A stretch of DNA of 64,000 nt from the NCBI GenBank assembly GCA_965209055.1, contig OZ242374.1, forward strand, positions 1,376,001-1,440,000, in the 5' to 3' direction. The DNA is from Acidobacteriota bacterium (GTDB taxonomy: Bacteria > Acidobacteriota > UBA6911 > RPQK01 > JAJDTT01). Below the pieces are notes generated by a model, which did not search any database, was not told where the DNA came from, and worked only from the letters and a program-made list of their open reading frames with translations. Position numbers and translations under genes: made by a program. Below, one piece after another: positions 27,892-38,300 of this stretch (the first letter of the stretch is position 1; each line of letters begins with the position of its first letter).

Positions 27892-29796
27892 ATGCTACCC
27901 TTTTTCCGAGAGAAGCGACGAGGTCTGAAATGGATCCTGTGGCTGGTCATCATCGGGTTGGGCGTCGGCATGCTGGGCCTGTTCGTCGATACCCCGGGTA
28001 CCGGTTCCGGCGTTTCCTCCGCCCACGCGGCCGAGGTGGCCGATTACGTCATTACCTCCGGTGAATTCCGGAGACACTACATCCAACTCTTCGAAGCCTA
28101 CCGCCGCGTCTACAACTTGGACCGGCAGGACCCTGCCATCATCAAGCAGTTGGGCCTGGGCCAACAGGCGCTCGATCAACTGGTGGCCGAATACGCAACG
28201 TTCCACGAAGCACGGCAGATGGGCATCGCCGTGACCTCGGATGAAATCGTTCGATTCATCACCAGGACTCCCGTATTCCAGGAAAACGGGAATTTCATCG
28301 GCGTCGATCGCTATCGCGCCATCTTGCGGGCCAACAACTGGGCGCCCCAGGATTTCGAGGAGAGCATCCGCAGACAGCTTGCCCAGGAGAAGCTGCGCAG
28401 GATCCTGACGGATGGGATCTTCCCCACGTCGGGCGAGGTCCGGCGAGAGTTTCTGAAGCGGAATCAGGAGGTGAAGCTCCGGTACGTGGGCTTCGACCCG
28501 GAACAGTTGGCTCCGGGGAACGTGGAAGACGACATACTCAAGGAGTATTTCGACGAACGGCAAGAGAATTACCGGGTCGGCGAGCAACGCAGGATACGTT
28601 ATGTTTCCGTCGGCGCCGAGCCTGAGAGTGTCAGCGTCTCCGAAGAGCAGATCCGCGATCGAATGGAGCGCGTCACCGACACGGACCAGGCGAGAGTCAG
28701 CCATATTCTGGTTTCGGTGCGGAGCCCCGAAGACGAACCCGCGGCGAGGGCCAAGGCCCAGGGCCTGCTGCAACAGCTTCGGTCCGGTGGGGATTTCGCG
28801 GAATTGGCTCGAGAGCACTCCGAGGACCCGGTTTCGGCAGCGGCCGGCGGGGACCTCGGCTTTTTCGGCCGAGGGAAAATGATGCCGGAGTTCGAGAAGG
28901 CCGCTTTTGAGCTGAAGCCCGGCGAGCTGAGCGATCTGGTGGTGACGCCCTTCGGCTACCACATACTCCTCGGCGCCTTCAATCCCGGGCACCACGACGG
29001 CGATGCCCGGCGTCCGATCGCCGAATACGAAGCCCGGCGGCAGGAGGCGGAAGACCAGGCCAAGGACCTGGCGGAGAAAATCTCCGGAGAGCTGGCGGAG
29101 GACCCGGATCTGGCGAAGGCGGCGGGCGCTCGCGGTCTCGCGGTTGAGGAATCGGAGTACTTCGAACTCGGGGGTTTCATTCCCGGCCTGTCCGTCAAAA
29201 ACGACTTCAATCAGAAAATCTTCGATCTCCAGGACAACCAGTCGCTGAAACCGTACGAGGCGGCCGGTTCCTTCGTGGTGGCTCAGCTCATCGAAATCCG
29301 GCCCGGACACATGCCGCCTTTCGAAGAGATCCGTGAAAAGGTTCTCGCCGACTACCGCTCCACCCAGGGCGACGAAGCCGCTCGGGAGAATGCCTTCGCC
29401 ATGCACAAGGCGATCCAGGACGGTGGCGAGTTCCAAGAGCTGACGGAGGAAGGAGAATTGCAGGTCATGACGACCCCCTTCTTCAAACGGGGCGGCACCA
29501 TCGACGAGAACCTCCGATTCTCGCCGCAGGTTCACGAACATGCCTTTCGGCTGGAGAGGGGAGAGGTCGCTCCGCCGGTACTCGTCACCGGTAAGTACTT
29601 CGTGTTCCAGGTCGCCGAGAAGACGCCACTGGACCAGGAGCAGTTCGAACGCGAGAAGAGTCAGTTGGAGAAGGAGATGACGGAGAAGAAGCGCACGGAC
29701 TACTTCAACGCCTATGTGGAAGGCACGCTGGAGCGCCTGCGCGGGGACGACGCCATTACCATCAACCAGGAGACGGTGGACCGCATAACCGGTTAG
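27892..29796 (+). CDS. ppiD: PpiD/SurA-type periplasmic chaperone with parvulin PPIase domain
   Basis: N-terminal TM anchor, SurA-N-like region, and the parvulin motif SHIL...DFAELAREHSED...GGDLG...TPFGYHI. Confidence 0.85.
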   Translation: MLPFFREKRRGLKWILWLVIIGLGVGMLGLFVDTPGTGSGVSSAHAAEVADYVITSGEFRRHYIQLFEAYRRVYNLDRQDPAIIKQLGLGQQALDQLVAEYATFHEARQMGIAVTSDEIVRFITRTPVFQENGNFIGVDRYRAILRANNWAPQDFEESIRRQLAQEKLRRILTDGIFPTSGEVRREFLKRNQEVKLRYVGFDPEQLAPGNVEDDILKEYFDERQENYRVGEQRRIRYVSVGAEPESVSVSEEQIRDRMERVTDTDQARVSHILVSVRSPEDEPAARAKAQGLLQQLRSGGDFAELAREHSEDPVSAAAGGDLGFFGRGKMMPEFEKAAFELKPGELSDLVVTPFGYHILLGAFNPGHHDGDARRPIAEYEARRQEAEDQAKDLAEKISGELAEDPDLAKAAGARGLAVEESEYFELGGFIPGLSVKNDFNQKIFDLQDNQSLKPYEAAGSFVVAQLIEIRPGHMPPFEEIREKVLADYRSTQGDEAARENAFAMHKAIQDGGEFQELTEEGELQVMTTPFFKRGGTIDENLRFSPQVHEHAFRLERGEVAPPVLVTGKYFVFQVAEKTPLDQEQFEREKSQLEKEMTEKKRTDYFNAYVEGTLERLRGDDAITINQETVDRITG

Positions 29797-29854
29797 CCGG
29801 CGCGGCCGGTCCCCGCCATGTGCTCCCCTGCACGGACGCCGGTGTCCCAGGCGG

Positions 29855-31681
29855 CTACTGCACCGTGACCGACTTGGCCAGATTCCGGGGCCGGTCGATG
29901 TCGCAGCCTCGCTCTTTGGCCACGTAGTAGGCCAGCAGTTGGAGCGCGATCACGCTCAGGAATGGCGTGAACATCTCCCCGCATTGCGGAATCTCGATGA
30001 GGTCGTCGGCCAGCTCCGCCAAGTGGGTGTCTCCTTCCGTCCCCACCGCGATGACCGGCCCGTTGCGACTCTTGATCTCCTGGATGTTCCCGATCATCTT
30101 TCGATAGACACTGTCGCGGGGCGCCACGCAGACGGTCGGGAAACTCTTGTCCACCAGGGCAAGAGGTCCGTGTTTCATTTCTCCCGCGGCGTACCCCTCG
30201 GCGTGCAGGTAGGAGATCTCCTTCATCTTCAGGGCGCCCTCCATCGCCACCGGGTAGCTGAATCTTCTTCCCAGATAGAGAAGGCTCCGATGTCGGGCGT
30301 AACGGCGGGCGATTTCTTCAATGGCGGGCGCCTGCGCAAGCATGGACCGCATCCTGCCGGGCAGTGCCCGGAGCTCATGGACGAATTCCTGGCCTTCGCT
30401 CAACGACATCTGCTGGTGACGGCCCAGCAGGAGGCCCACCAGGTAGAGAATGGCGATCTGGGAGACGAAAACCTTGGTGGAGGCGACACTGATTTCCGGG
30501 CCGGCGTGATTGTAGATTCCGGCGTCGGTCAGGCGGGCGACCGTGCTGCCCACCACGTTGACGAGGCCCAGGCTGAGAGCTCCGCGCCGCTTGACTTCGC
30601 GGACCACGGCCAGGATGTCGGCCGTCTCCCCCGACTGGCTGATGGCCAGAACCGCCGTCCGCGCCTGCAGATTCAGCTTGCGGTACTGGAACTCGGAAGC
30701 GAAATCGACGTCGACAGGATAGTTGGTGCAGCTCTCGATGACGTAACGCCCCAACAAGCCGGCAAAATAGGAGGTCCCACAGGCCAGGATGATGAGCCGC
30801 CGCATGTTCCTCAGGCGCGACCAGACTCGCTCCACGCCGCCCAGCTTGGCCAGTCCTTCCGCCTCGATCAGCCTTCCCCTGATGGCCTCTCCCACCACCT
30901 CGGGCTGCTCATGGACCTCCTTGAGCATGAAGTGGGGGTAACCCCTCTTCTCGGCGGAAGACATGTCCCAGTCCAGGGTCTGGACGGAGCGATTCATGGG
31001 CATCCCGCTGAGAGTTCGGATCCGGTAGCTCCCGGGCTTCAGCAACGCCACCTCGCCGTCATGGAGGTAGGCCACCTCCCGGGTGTGACTCATCAGGGCC
31101 GCCGCGTCCGACGCGGCGAAGATCTCACGGTCCCGGATTCCCAGGATCAAGGGGCTGCCCAGCCGGGCGACCACGATCTGGGAAGGATTGTCGGAGGAGA
31201 TCACACCGATTCCGTAGGTCCCGTCGACGCGTTGAAGGGCCGAATTGACCGCCTCTTCCAAGTCGCCTCGATAGTATTCCTCGATCAGGTGGGCCAAGAC
31301 CTCGGAATCGGTGGAAGAGCGGAACCGGTGTCCCTTGTCCCGAAGCTCCTCCCGCAACTGCCGGTAGTTCTCGATGATTCCGTTGTGCACCACGAAGATG
31401 CGGTCCCGGCAGTCGCCATGCGGATGAGCGTTTTCGGGAGAGGGAACCCCATGGGTGGCCCAACGGGTGTGGGCAATGCCGCCCCATCCGGTCCAGGACT
31501 TGTCCCCGAGAAGCCCCGCCAGATCCGAGATCTTCCCCACCGCTTTCCGGCAGTGAATCTTCTCATTCACGGCCACCGCGACACCGCTGGAGTCGTAGCC
31601 GCGGTATTCCAGTCTTCTCAAGCCGTTGAGCAGGATCGGCAGGGAGGGACGATCCCCCAGGTAGCAGATAATTCCACACAT
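29855..31681 (-). CDS. glmS: Glutamine--fructose-6-phosphate transaminase
   Basis: MCGI, LEYRGYDS, HTRWATHG, SQSGETAD and RNLAKSVTV. Confidence 0.97.
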   Translation of the reverse strand: MCGIICYLGDRPSLPILLNGLRRLEYRGYDSSGVAVAVNEKIHCRKAVGKISDLAGLLGDKSWTGWGGIAHTRWATHGVPSPENAHPHGDCRDRIFVVHNGIIENYRQLREELRDKGHRFRSSTDSEVLAHLIEEYYRGDLEEAVNSALQRVDGTYGIGVISSDNPSQIVVARLGSPLILGIRDREIFAASDAAALMSHTREVAYLHDGEVALLKPGSYRIRTLSGMPMNRSVQTLDWDMSSAEKRGYPHFMLKEVHEQPEVVGEAIRGRLIEAEGLAKLGGVERVWSRLRNMRRLIILACGTSYFAGLLGRYVIESCTNYPVDVDFASEFQYRKLNLQARTAVLAISQSGETADILAVVREVKRRGALSLGLVNVVGSTVARLTDAGIYNHAGPEISVASTKVFVSQIAILYLVGLLLGRHQQMSLSEGQEFVHELRALPGRMRSMLAQAPAIEEIARRYARHRSLLYLGRRFSYPVAMEGALKMKEISYLHAEGYAAGEMKHGPLALVDKSFPTVCVAPRDSVYRKMIGNIQEIKSRNGPVIAVGTEGDTHLAELADDLIEIPQCGEMFTPFLSVIALQLLAYYVAKERGCDIDRPRNLAKSVTVQ

Positions 31682-31859
31682 CGTTCCCTCAGAATACTAC
31701 CAGCAGCCCGTCGGGACCCCTCCCTCCCCGCAACGTGAGGCGTGGTGGCCTCTGCCGGAACGTTGGGAGGGAGGGCGCGTCCGGGAGGGCGCCCGAAGAC
31801 ACTTGCAGGTGATTGAGTTCCGGGTGGAACCGAAGCCCGGGAGCCGGCGGCGCAGACTC

Positions 31860-32231
31860 CTAGAGAAGGCCCAGTTGAAGTTTTGCCGCCTCAGACATGT
31901 TCTCCATGGTCCAAGGCGGGTCCCAGACGATTTCTACGGCGACTTTTTCAACACCGGGAAGCGTCCGTACTTTGGACTCGACCTCCAACGGCAACGACTC
32001 GGCCACCGGACAGCTGGGCGAAGTCAGGGTCATCTTGATGTCTACAGCGCCAACGGAGTCGACGTCGACTCCGTAGATCAGACCCAATTCGTAGATATCC
32101 ACCGGAATCTCCGGATCGTAACAACTCCTGAGGACCGAAATCACCTCTTCGTGGATGGGGCCGCCCACCGGAGCAGTCCCACTTCCCGTTTCGGCCTGGA
32201 AACCCGGTTCCGGGTTCGGTTCTTCTGCCAT
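31860..32231 (-). CDS. sufT: SUF Fe-S assembly protein, DUF59/SufT-like
   Basis: YDPEIPVDIYELGLIY, MTLTSPSCP and WDPPW. Last gene of the suf operon. Confidence 0.85.
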   Translation of the reverse strand: MAEEPNPEPGFQAETGSGTAPVGGPIHEEVISVLRSCYDPEIPVDIYELGLIYGVDVDSVGAVDIKMTLTSPSCPVAESLPLEVESKVRTLPGVEKVAVEIVWDPPWTMENMSEAAKLQLGLL

Positions 32232-32262
32232 GGTTCCCCCTCCGCGGCGCTCCGCGAGAGTC

Positions 32263-32721
32263 TTATTCAGTCGAGACGACCTCGTTTCTCTTTTCGAGCG
32301 CCGCCCGCAACGCATGCCAGGTCAAGGTGGCGCATTTCACCCGAACCGGATAACGGCTGACCCCTTCAAACACCACCAATTTGCCCAGATCCGTTTCGGA
32401 ATGATCTTCCGAATCGAGCTTCCCGGTCACCAGTTGGTGAAAACGCTCGAACAACGCCTCGACTTCCTCCAGTTCCTTCCCCTTCAGGCTCTCGGTCATT
32501 ATCGAGGCGGATGCCATGGAGATGGCGCACCCCGAACCCTGAAACGAGACGTCGTCGACGACGGAGCCCTTCAACTTGACATATACGGTGACCCGGTCGC
32601 CGCAGAGGGGATTGAAGCCTTCCGACTGATGATCCGCGCCCTCCAGAACAGCGAAATTCCGAGGCCGCCGGTTGTGATCCAGGATGACCTCCTGGTAAAG
32701 GGCGCTCAGGTCCGGCATCAC
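32263..32721 (-). CDS. sufU: SUF system SufU (NifU-type)
   Basis: LYQEVILDH, NPLCGD, GCAISMAS and RVKCATL. Confidence 0.93.
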   Translation of the reverse strand: MMPDLSALYQEVILDHNRRPRNFAVLEGADHQSEGFNPLCGDRVTVYVKLKGSVVDDVSFQGSGCAISMASASIMTESLKGKELEEVEALFERFHQLVTGKLDSEDHSETDLGKLVVFEGVSRYPVRVKCATLTWHALRAALEKRNEVVSTE

Positions 32722-33983
32722 TCAAACACCTCGATCACCTTCCTGAGGCCTCGGCACATGGCATCGATCTCTTCCCGCGTGTTGTAGAACGCCAGCGACG
32801 CCCGCGCCGTGGCCGGGAGCCCATAGTAATCCATCAGAGGCTGGGCACAGTGATGGCCGGTCCGAATCGCCACCCCCTCCAGATCCAGAATGGTGCCCAT
32901 GTCGTGAGGATGGATTTCGTCCAGAACGAAGGAGAGCACAGCCGCCTTTGACGGCGCGGTGCCGATCAGGCGCAGGCCGGGAACCTGGGAAAGCCGGGAA
33001 GTTGCGTACTCCAAAAGCTCGTTCTCGTAGGCCTCAATGCGATCGAGGCCCAGATTCTCCAGATAATCCAGCGCCGCGGCCAGCGCGACGCCGCCGGCGA
33101 TATTGGGCGTCCCCCCCTCGAACTTGTGCGGAGGTTCGTTGTACGTCGTCTTCTCGAAGGAGACGGAACGGATCATCTCCCCTCCTCCCTGATAGGGAGG
33201 CATGGATTCCAGATGCTTCCATTTGCCGTAAAGGATGCCGATGCCGGTGGGGCCGTAGACCTTGTGTCCTGAGAAGCAATAGAAATCGCAATCCAGTTCC
33301 TGCACGTCCACCTTCAGGTGCGGCGCCGCCTGAGCCCCGTCCAGAAGGACGAGGGCCCCGTGCCCATGCGCCATTTCGACCATTTTCCGCACCGGGTTGA
33401 TGGTCCCGAGAACGTTGGACACATGGGTCACCGCGACGATCCGGGTGCGAGGGTTCAACAACTTCTCGTACTCGTCCAGAAGCATCTCACCCTGGCCGGA
33501 GACGGGAATGACCCGAAGCCGGGCGCCCTTTTCCTGGCAGAGCATCTGCCAGGGAACGATATTGGAATGGTGCTCCATTTGGGAAACGATGACCTCGTCA
33601 CCCGGGTTCAGAAGGCTCCGTCCGGCGGTCTGAGCCACCAGATTGATGCCCTCGGTCGTGCTCCGGACGAAGACGATCTCTTCCGCCCGCGTGGCGTTGA
33701 CGAACTGCTGCACTCTCTCACGGGTCGCCTCATAGGCGTCCGTCGCGCGGACGCTCAAAAGATGGACCCCCCGCTGAATGTTGGCGTTGGTGCGGGAATA
33801 GTAGCGGCTCACCGCATCGATGACCTGCTGCGGTTTCTGGCTGGTGGCCGCATTGTCCAGGTAGGCCAGCGGCTTGCCGTGAACCTTCCGGGAGAGGATC
33901 GGGAAATCCCGGCGGATCCGTCCCGGATCCAGCCCTCCGGACACGCGCCGGCGATGGTTTCGGGCGGTTGTGCTGAAGCTCAC
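32718..33983 (-). CDS. sufS: Cysteine desulfurase SufS
   Basis: YLDNAATSQKP, EHHSN, FSGHK and RTGHHCAQP. Confidence 0.96.
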   Translation of the reverse strand: MSFSTTARNHRRRVSGGLDPGRIRRDFPILSRKVHGKPLAYLDNAATSQKPQQVIDAVSRYYSRTNANIQRGVHLLSVRATDAYEATRERVQQFVNATRAEEIVFVRSTTEGINLVAQTAGRSLLNPGDEVIVSQMEHHSNIVPWQMLCQEKGARLRVIPVSGQGEMLLDEYEKLLNPRTRIVAVTHVSNVLGTINPVRKMVEMAHGHGALVLLDGAQAAPHLKVDVQELDCDFYCFSGHKVYGPTGIGILYGKWKHLESMPPYQGGGEMIRSVSFEKTTYNEPPHKFEGGTPNIAGGVALAAALDYLENLGLDRIEAYENELLEYATSRLSQVPGLRLIGTAPSKAAVLSFVLDEIHPHDMGTILDLEGVAIRTGHHCAQPLMDYYGLPATARASLAFYNTREEIDAMCRGLRKVIEVFE

Positions 33984-35323
33984 GTCAGCGCCTTCCTCAG
34001 AAAACTTCCTTGCGGCAGCCGGTCGAAGAGCAGGGAGCTGAGTCGATCCCGGAGGCCGGCCAGCCGGACGCGGCGGATCACATCTTCGGCGAACCCGTAG
34101 GTCAGAATGCTTCGGGCCATGGCTTCATCGATGCCTCGCGACCGCATGTAGAAGATGGCTTCCTGGTCGAGCTGGCCGATGGTGGCGCCATGGGTGCACT
34201 TGACTTCGTCGGCGTAGATCTCCAGTTGGGGCTTCGTGTTCACCAAGGCCCGGTCGGACAACAGCAGATTGTTGTTGGTCTGCACCGAGTCGGTCTTCTG
34301 GGCTCCCGGATGGACCACGATGCGGCCCCGGAACACTCCCCGGGATCGATCGCCCAGAATGCCCTTGTAAATCTCACGGCTGCCGCAATGGGGAGCGGCG
34401 TGCTCGATCCGGGTGTGGTTGTCCACCAACTGCTCGCCGGAAACGACAAAGATTCCGTCAAGCTTTGCGTCCGCCCCCTCGCCCCCGAGAAACACGTTCA
34501 GGTCGTTGCGTGTCAGCCGGCCTCCCAGGTCTGCCGACATGGTGCGAGCCACACTATTGGATTCCTGCCGGATCTCCAGGGTCGAGACATGGTGTGCGGC
34601 GGGACTCTCCTCCTGCAGCCGATAGTGATCCAGGTTGGCGTTCTCGCCCACCGCCACTTCGGTGACGGGATTGCTGAAATAGGACTTGTCTCCAACTCCC
34701 AGGTAGTGCTCGACCACCGAGCATTCGCTCCCGGCGCCCACCAGGATCAGATTCCGCGGATGCGTCACGAATGCCGGCCCACCGTTGCCGGTGGAAAGAA
34801 AAACGAGATGGATGGGATCCGGGATCCGGGATCCGGCGGAGACCCGAACCACTGCTCCGTCTTCAATAAACGCCGTGTTGAGAGCAACGAACGGATGGCG
34901 GTCAGCCTCCACATACCGGGCCAGATGAGCCTCGACCTCTTCGGGACATTCCCGAAGAATGGACGCCAGGGAGCCGACCCGGACCCCGCTCTCCCTCTCG
35001 TCCACGCGGGACAACCCGGCGCAGTATCGTCCATTCAGGAAGACGCAACGGACGCCGCCCTGGCCCCCGGCCGCCAGGGACTCCGTCCGCCAGCGTCCGT
35101 CCGGAGAAGGCGCGGGGGCGGTCTCATAGGAGGTGGCCGCCAAGCGGGCGACGTTGGTATAACGCCAATCCTCATCGGCAATGGTGGGAAAACCGGTCTC
35201 GGCGAAACGCAACATGGCTTCCCGGCGCAGCCGGGAAAACCAGGCGGGACTGTCCGACGCCGGACCGTCCAGCCGGTTGAATCGTTCCAGGTAGGAGTCC
35301 AGGGACTTTCGTGCGACCTTCAT
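33980..35323 (-). CDS. sufD: Fe-S cluster assembly protein SufD
   Basis: EDWRYT, KPQLEIYADEVKCTHGAT and FYMRSRGI. Confidence 0.95.
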   Translation of the reverse strand: MKVARKSLDSYLERFNRLDGPASDSPAWFSRLRREAMLRFAETGFPTIADEDWRYTNVARLAATSYETAPAPSPDGRWRTESLAAGGQGGVRCVFLNGRYCAGLSRVDERESGVRVGSLASILRECPEEVEAHLARYVEADRHPFVALNTAFIEDGAVVRVSAGSRIPDPIHLVFLSTGNGGPAFVTHPRNLILVGAGSECSVVEHYLGVGDKSYFSNPVTEVAVGENANLDHYRLQEESPAAHHVSTLEIRQESNSVARTMSADLGGRLTRNDLNVFLGGEGADAKLDGIFVVSGEQLVDNHTRIEHAAPHCGSREIYKGILGDRSRGVFRGRIVVHPGAQKTDSVQTNNNLLLSDRALVNTKPQLEIYADEVKCTHGATIGQLDQEAIFYMRSRGIDEAMARSILTYGFAEDVIRRVRLAGLRDRLSSLLFDRLPQGSFLRKALT

Positions 35324-35335
35324 TTCGATTCGTGC

Positions 35336-36103
35336 CTACGCTCCCGCCACCGCCCGCGGCCGGTCCTGCTCCAGGCCGGCGTACCCTCTTTCTTCCAGCT
35401 CCAGAGCCAACTCCTTGCCCCCCGACCGGACGATGCGGCCGCGGGCCAGGACATGGACGAAGTCGGGAACGATGTAATTGAGCAGACGCTGATAATGGGT
35501 CACGACGATGATGGCCCGCTCGGACGACCTCATGGCGTTGACACCGTGGGCGACGACCTTCAGCGCGTCGATATCCAGCCCCGAATCGGTTTCATCCATG
35601 ATGCAGAGGTCCGGTTCCAGGACCGCCATCTGGAAGACCTCGTTGCGTTTTTTCTCGCCGCCCGAGAAACCCTCGTTCACCGGCCGCGTCAGGAGGCTCT
35701 CGTCCATCTTCAGAAGCCGGGTCTTGTCACGGACCAGGTTGAGGAAATCCAGGGCGTCGACCTCCTCCTGGGAGCGGCTGACCCGGATCGAGTTGAGGGC
35801 GGCCCTCAAGAAATAGGTGTTGCTCACTCCGGGAATCTCCACCGGGTATTGAAAGGCCAGGAATATCCCCGCCTGGGCCCGCTCTTCCGGCGAGCACTCC
35901 AACAGGTCTTCGCCCTTGTAGGCGATCGCTCCCCGAGTGACCTCGTAGTCTTCCCGGCCGGCCAACACTTGGGCCAAGGTGCTCTTCCCGGACCCGTTGG
36001 GCCCCATGATGGAGTGGATCTCTCCCTTGCGGACCGTCAGATCCACACCCTTCAGGATCTTCGTATCCCCCGATCTCACATGCAGATCACTGATTTCGAG
36101 CAT
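35336..36103 (-). CDS. sufC: Fe-S cluster assembly ATPase SufC
   Basis: GPNGSGKST, FQYPVEIPGV, GFSGGEKKRNE and DETDSGLDID. Confidence 0.97.
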   Translation of the reverse strand: MLEISDLHVRSGDTKILKGVDLTVRKGEIHSIMGPNGSGKSTLAQVLAGREDYEVTRGAIAYKGEDLLECSPEERAQAGIFLAFQYPVEIPGVSNTYFLRAALNSIRVSRSQEEVDALDFLNLVRDKTRLLKMDESLLTRPVNEGFSGGEKKRNEVFQMAVLEPDLCIMDETDSGLDIDALKVVAHGVNAMRSSERAIIVVTHYQRLLNYIVPDFVHVLARGRIVRSGGKELALELEERGYAGLEQDRPRAVAGA

Positions 36104-36161
36104 TGGATTCCCTTCCTGAGTTCAGGAGCCTCGCGGCTTGATGGATTGGCGGCGCGGCGGT

Positions 36162-37619
36162 TTACCCGACACTTCCTTCGAGGCTGATGGACAACAGTTT
36201 CTGGGCCTCGACGGCAAATTCCATCGGCAGTTCCTTGATGACCTTCTTGCAGAAGCCATTGACGATCATGGAGACGGCGTCCTCCGCCGAAAGTCCCCGC
36301 TGCTGGCAATAGAAGATCTGATCCTCGCCGATCTTTGAGGTCGACGCCTCATGCTCCATGTGGGCGCTGCTGTTGTTCACCTCGATATAGGGGAAGGTAT
36401 GGGCTCCACACTCGTCCCCCATCAACATGGAATCGCACTGGGTATAGTTGCGGGCCCTTTCGGCGCCGGAGCCGATCCGGACCAGGCCCCGGTAGGTATT
36501 CTGTCCATGTCCGGCCGAAATCCCCTTGGAGACGATGTTGCTCCTGGTGTTCCTGCCGATGTGGATCATCTTCGTCCCGGTATCCGCCTGCTGCCGGTTG
36601 TTGGTCAGGGCCACCGAGTAGAACTCCCCCACGGAATTGTCGCCCAGCAGGATGCAGCTCGGGTATTTCCAGGTAATTGCCGATCCTGTCTCCACCTGCG
36701 TCCATGAGATCTTGGAATTGACGCCCTGGCACTTGCCCCGCTTGGTGACGAAATTGTAGATGCCGCCCTTGCCGTTCTTGTCTCCCGGGTACCAATTCTG
36801 AATGGTGGAGTACTTGATTTCGGCATTGTCCAGCGCCACCAGCTCCACCACCGCCGCATGGAGCTGGTTCTCGTCTCTCATGGGGGCCGTGCAACCCTCG
36901 AGATAGCTGACGTAGGACCCCTCGTCGGCGACGATCAGCGTGCGCTCGAACTGGCCGGTCTTGGCGGCATTGATGCGGAAGTAGGTGGAGAGCTCCATGG
37001 GGCAGCGGACGCCCTTGGGAACGTACACGAAGGAACCGTCGGTGAAGACGGCCGAGTTCAAGGCCGCAAAGAAATTGTCGGTGTGGGGCACCACCGTCCC
37101 CAGATAGCGTCGAATCAGTTCCGGATGCTCCTGAATGGCTTCACTGAACGAACAGAAGATGATTCCCAGTTCCGAGAGTTTCTCCTTGAAGGTCGTGGCC
37201 ACCGAGACACTGTCGAAGACGGCATCCACGGCCACCTCCGTGACTCCGGCCAGCATTTCCTGCTCCCGCAGGGGTATGCCCAGTTTTTCGTAGGTGGCGC
37301 GGATCTCCGGGTCGATGTCGTCCAGGCTCTTGGGGCCGTCGCCGTTGGACTTGGGAGCCGAATAGTAGACGATGTCCTGGTAGTCGATGGGTGGATAGTG
37401 GACATTGGGCCACTCGGGCTCCGCCATCTTCCGCCAGCGGCGATAGGCCCTGAGCCGCCACTGGAGCATCCACTCGGGCTCCTCCTTCTTGGAGGCAATC
37501 AACCCGATGGTGTTTTCGTCCAGGCCGGGAGGAACTTCGTCGGTCTCCACATCGGTGTAGAAGCCGTACTTGTATTCCTCCGCCGCCAGATCCTGCAACT
37601 GTTCCATCTCAGTAGGCAT
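36162..37619 (-). CDS. sufB: Fe-S cluster assembly protein SufB
   Basis: [28 protein letters not shown] and LPMEFAVEA. No intein evident. Confidence 0.97.
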   Translation of the reverse strand: MPTEMEQLQDLAAEEYKYGFYTDVETDEVPPGLDENTIGLIASKKEEPEWMLQWRLRAYRRWRKMAEPEWPNVHYPPIDYQDIVYYSAPKSNGDGPKSLDDIDPEIRATYEKLGIPLREQEMLAGVTEVAVDAVFDSVSVATTFKEKLSELGIIFCSFSEAIQEHPELIRRYLGTVVPHTDNFFAALNSAVFTDGSFVYVPKGVRCPMELSTYFRINAAKTGQFERTLIVADEGSYVSYLEGCTAPMRDENQLHAAVVELVALDNAEIKYSTIQNWYPGDKNGKGGIYNFVTKRGKCQGVNSKISWTQVETGSAITWKYPSCILLGDNSVGEFYSVALTNNRQQADTGTKMIHIGRNTRSNIVSKGISAGHGQNTYRGLVRIGSGAERARNYTQCDSMLMGDECGAHTFPYIEVNNSSAHMEHEASTSKIGEDQIFYCQQRGLSAEDAVSMIVNGFCKKVIKELPMEFAVEAQKLLSISLEGSVG

Positions 37620-37669
37620 GGGATTCCTCTCTCGCCGACGATGGTCGTTCCGGCAATCCTTCCCGGTAT

Positions 37670-38140
37670 TCAGCCTCTGGCCTGCGGCGGGTTCAACTCA
37701 TTCCCGCGTCCCGCCTCCAGCGGGACCAGCGAGTCTGCGAGGGGCGATGTCATGTCCAGCAGACTGATCCTCTCCAGCGCGTCCAGAACCGCCTGATTGA
37801 TCACTTGCCAGTTGCTCCGGATACAGCAGACCGGCTCCTGCTTGCACTCGCCAGGGGTCCCGATGCACTCGGTCATGGCAATGGGCCCCTCGATGACGTT
37901 GATGATGTCCGCCACCGAGATTCGCCCCGGCTTGAGTGCCAGACTGTAGCCCCCCTTGGCGCCGCGGCGGGACGACAGGACTCCTTGCCGAGTCAGGACC
38001 TTGAGGATCTTGCTGACCATGGGCAGCGGGATCCGGGTTTCGTCGGAAAGTGTTCGAGCACTGTAGGTCAGTCCCTCGCCACCGGCAAAATGCGTCAACA
38101 GAACGATTCCGTAGTCGGCCTCCTTGCTCATTCGAATCAC
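37670..38140 (-). CDS. Rrf2-family SUF system regulator
   Basis: Winged-HTH with RGAKGGYSL and IEGPI, and Cys ligands C-x6-C-x5-C. First gene of the suf operon. Confidence 0.9.
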   Translation of the reverse strand: MIRMSKEADYGIVLLTHFAGGEGLTYSARTLSDETRIPLPMVSKILKVLTRQGVLSSRRGAKGGYSLALKPGRISVADIINVIEGPIAMTECIGTPGECKQEPVCCIRSNWQVINQAVLDALERISLLDMTSPLADSLVPLEAGRGNELNPPQARG

Positions 38141-38165
38141 GGCTTCGCCACCCTTTGGAGCGCAT

Positions 38166-38195
38166 ATAGTACTAATTTGGTCCTGTTTATGTCAA
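38166..38195 (-). promoter_or_regulatory. suf operon promoter with overlapping putative Rrf2 operator
   Basis: Minus strand TTGACA (38195-38190), 18 nt, TACTAT (38171-38166). Imperfect dyad ATAGTAC-N7-GTCCTGT (38166-38186). Confidence 0.65.
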
Positions 38196-38300
38196 CGCGC
38201 GCGGCGGTCTATTTTGGAGCGGCTCTCAGGCCCTGCCGTCCACCGGCGTCACGGGGCGGGAGCCGGCACGTCGTGAGCCTGTCGACGCCGGGAAGAACGG

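Noticed and set aside
31817-31830. Second parS (GTTCCGGGTGGAAC)
   Set aside because: It has mismatches in the central CACGTG core and lacks the flanking T/A, so it is too weak to call.
31682-31859. glmS ribozyme
   Set aside because: The conserved AGCGCC...GACGAG core was not found on the coding strand.
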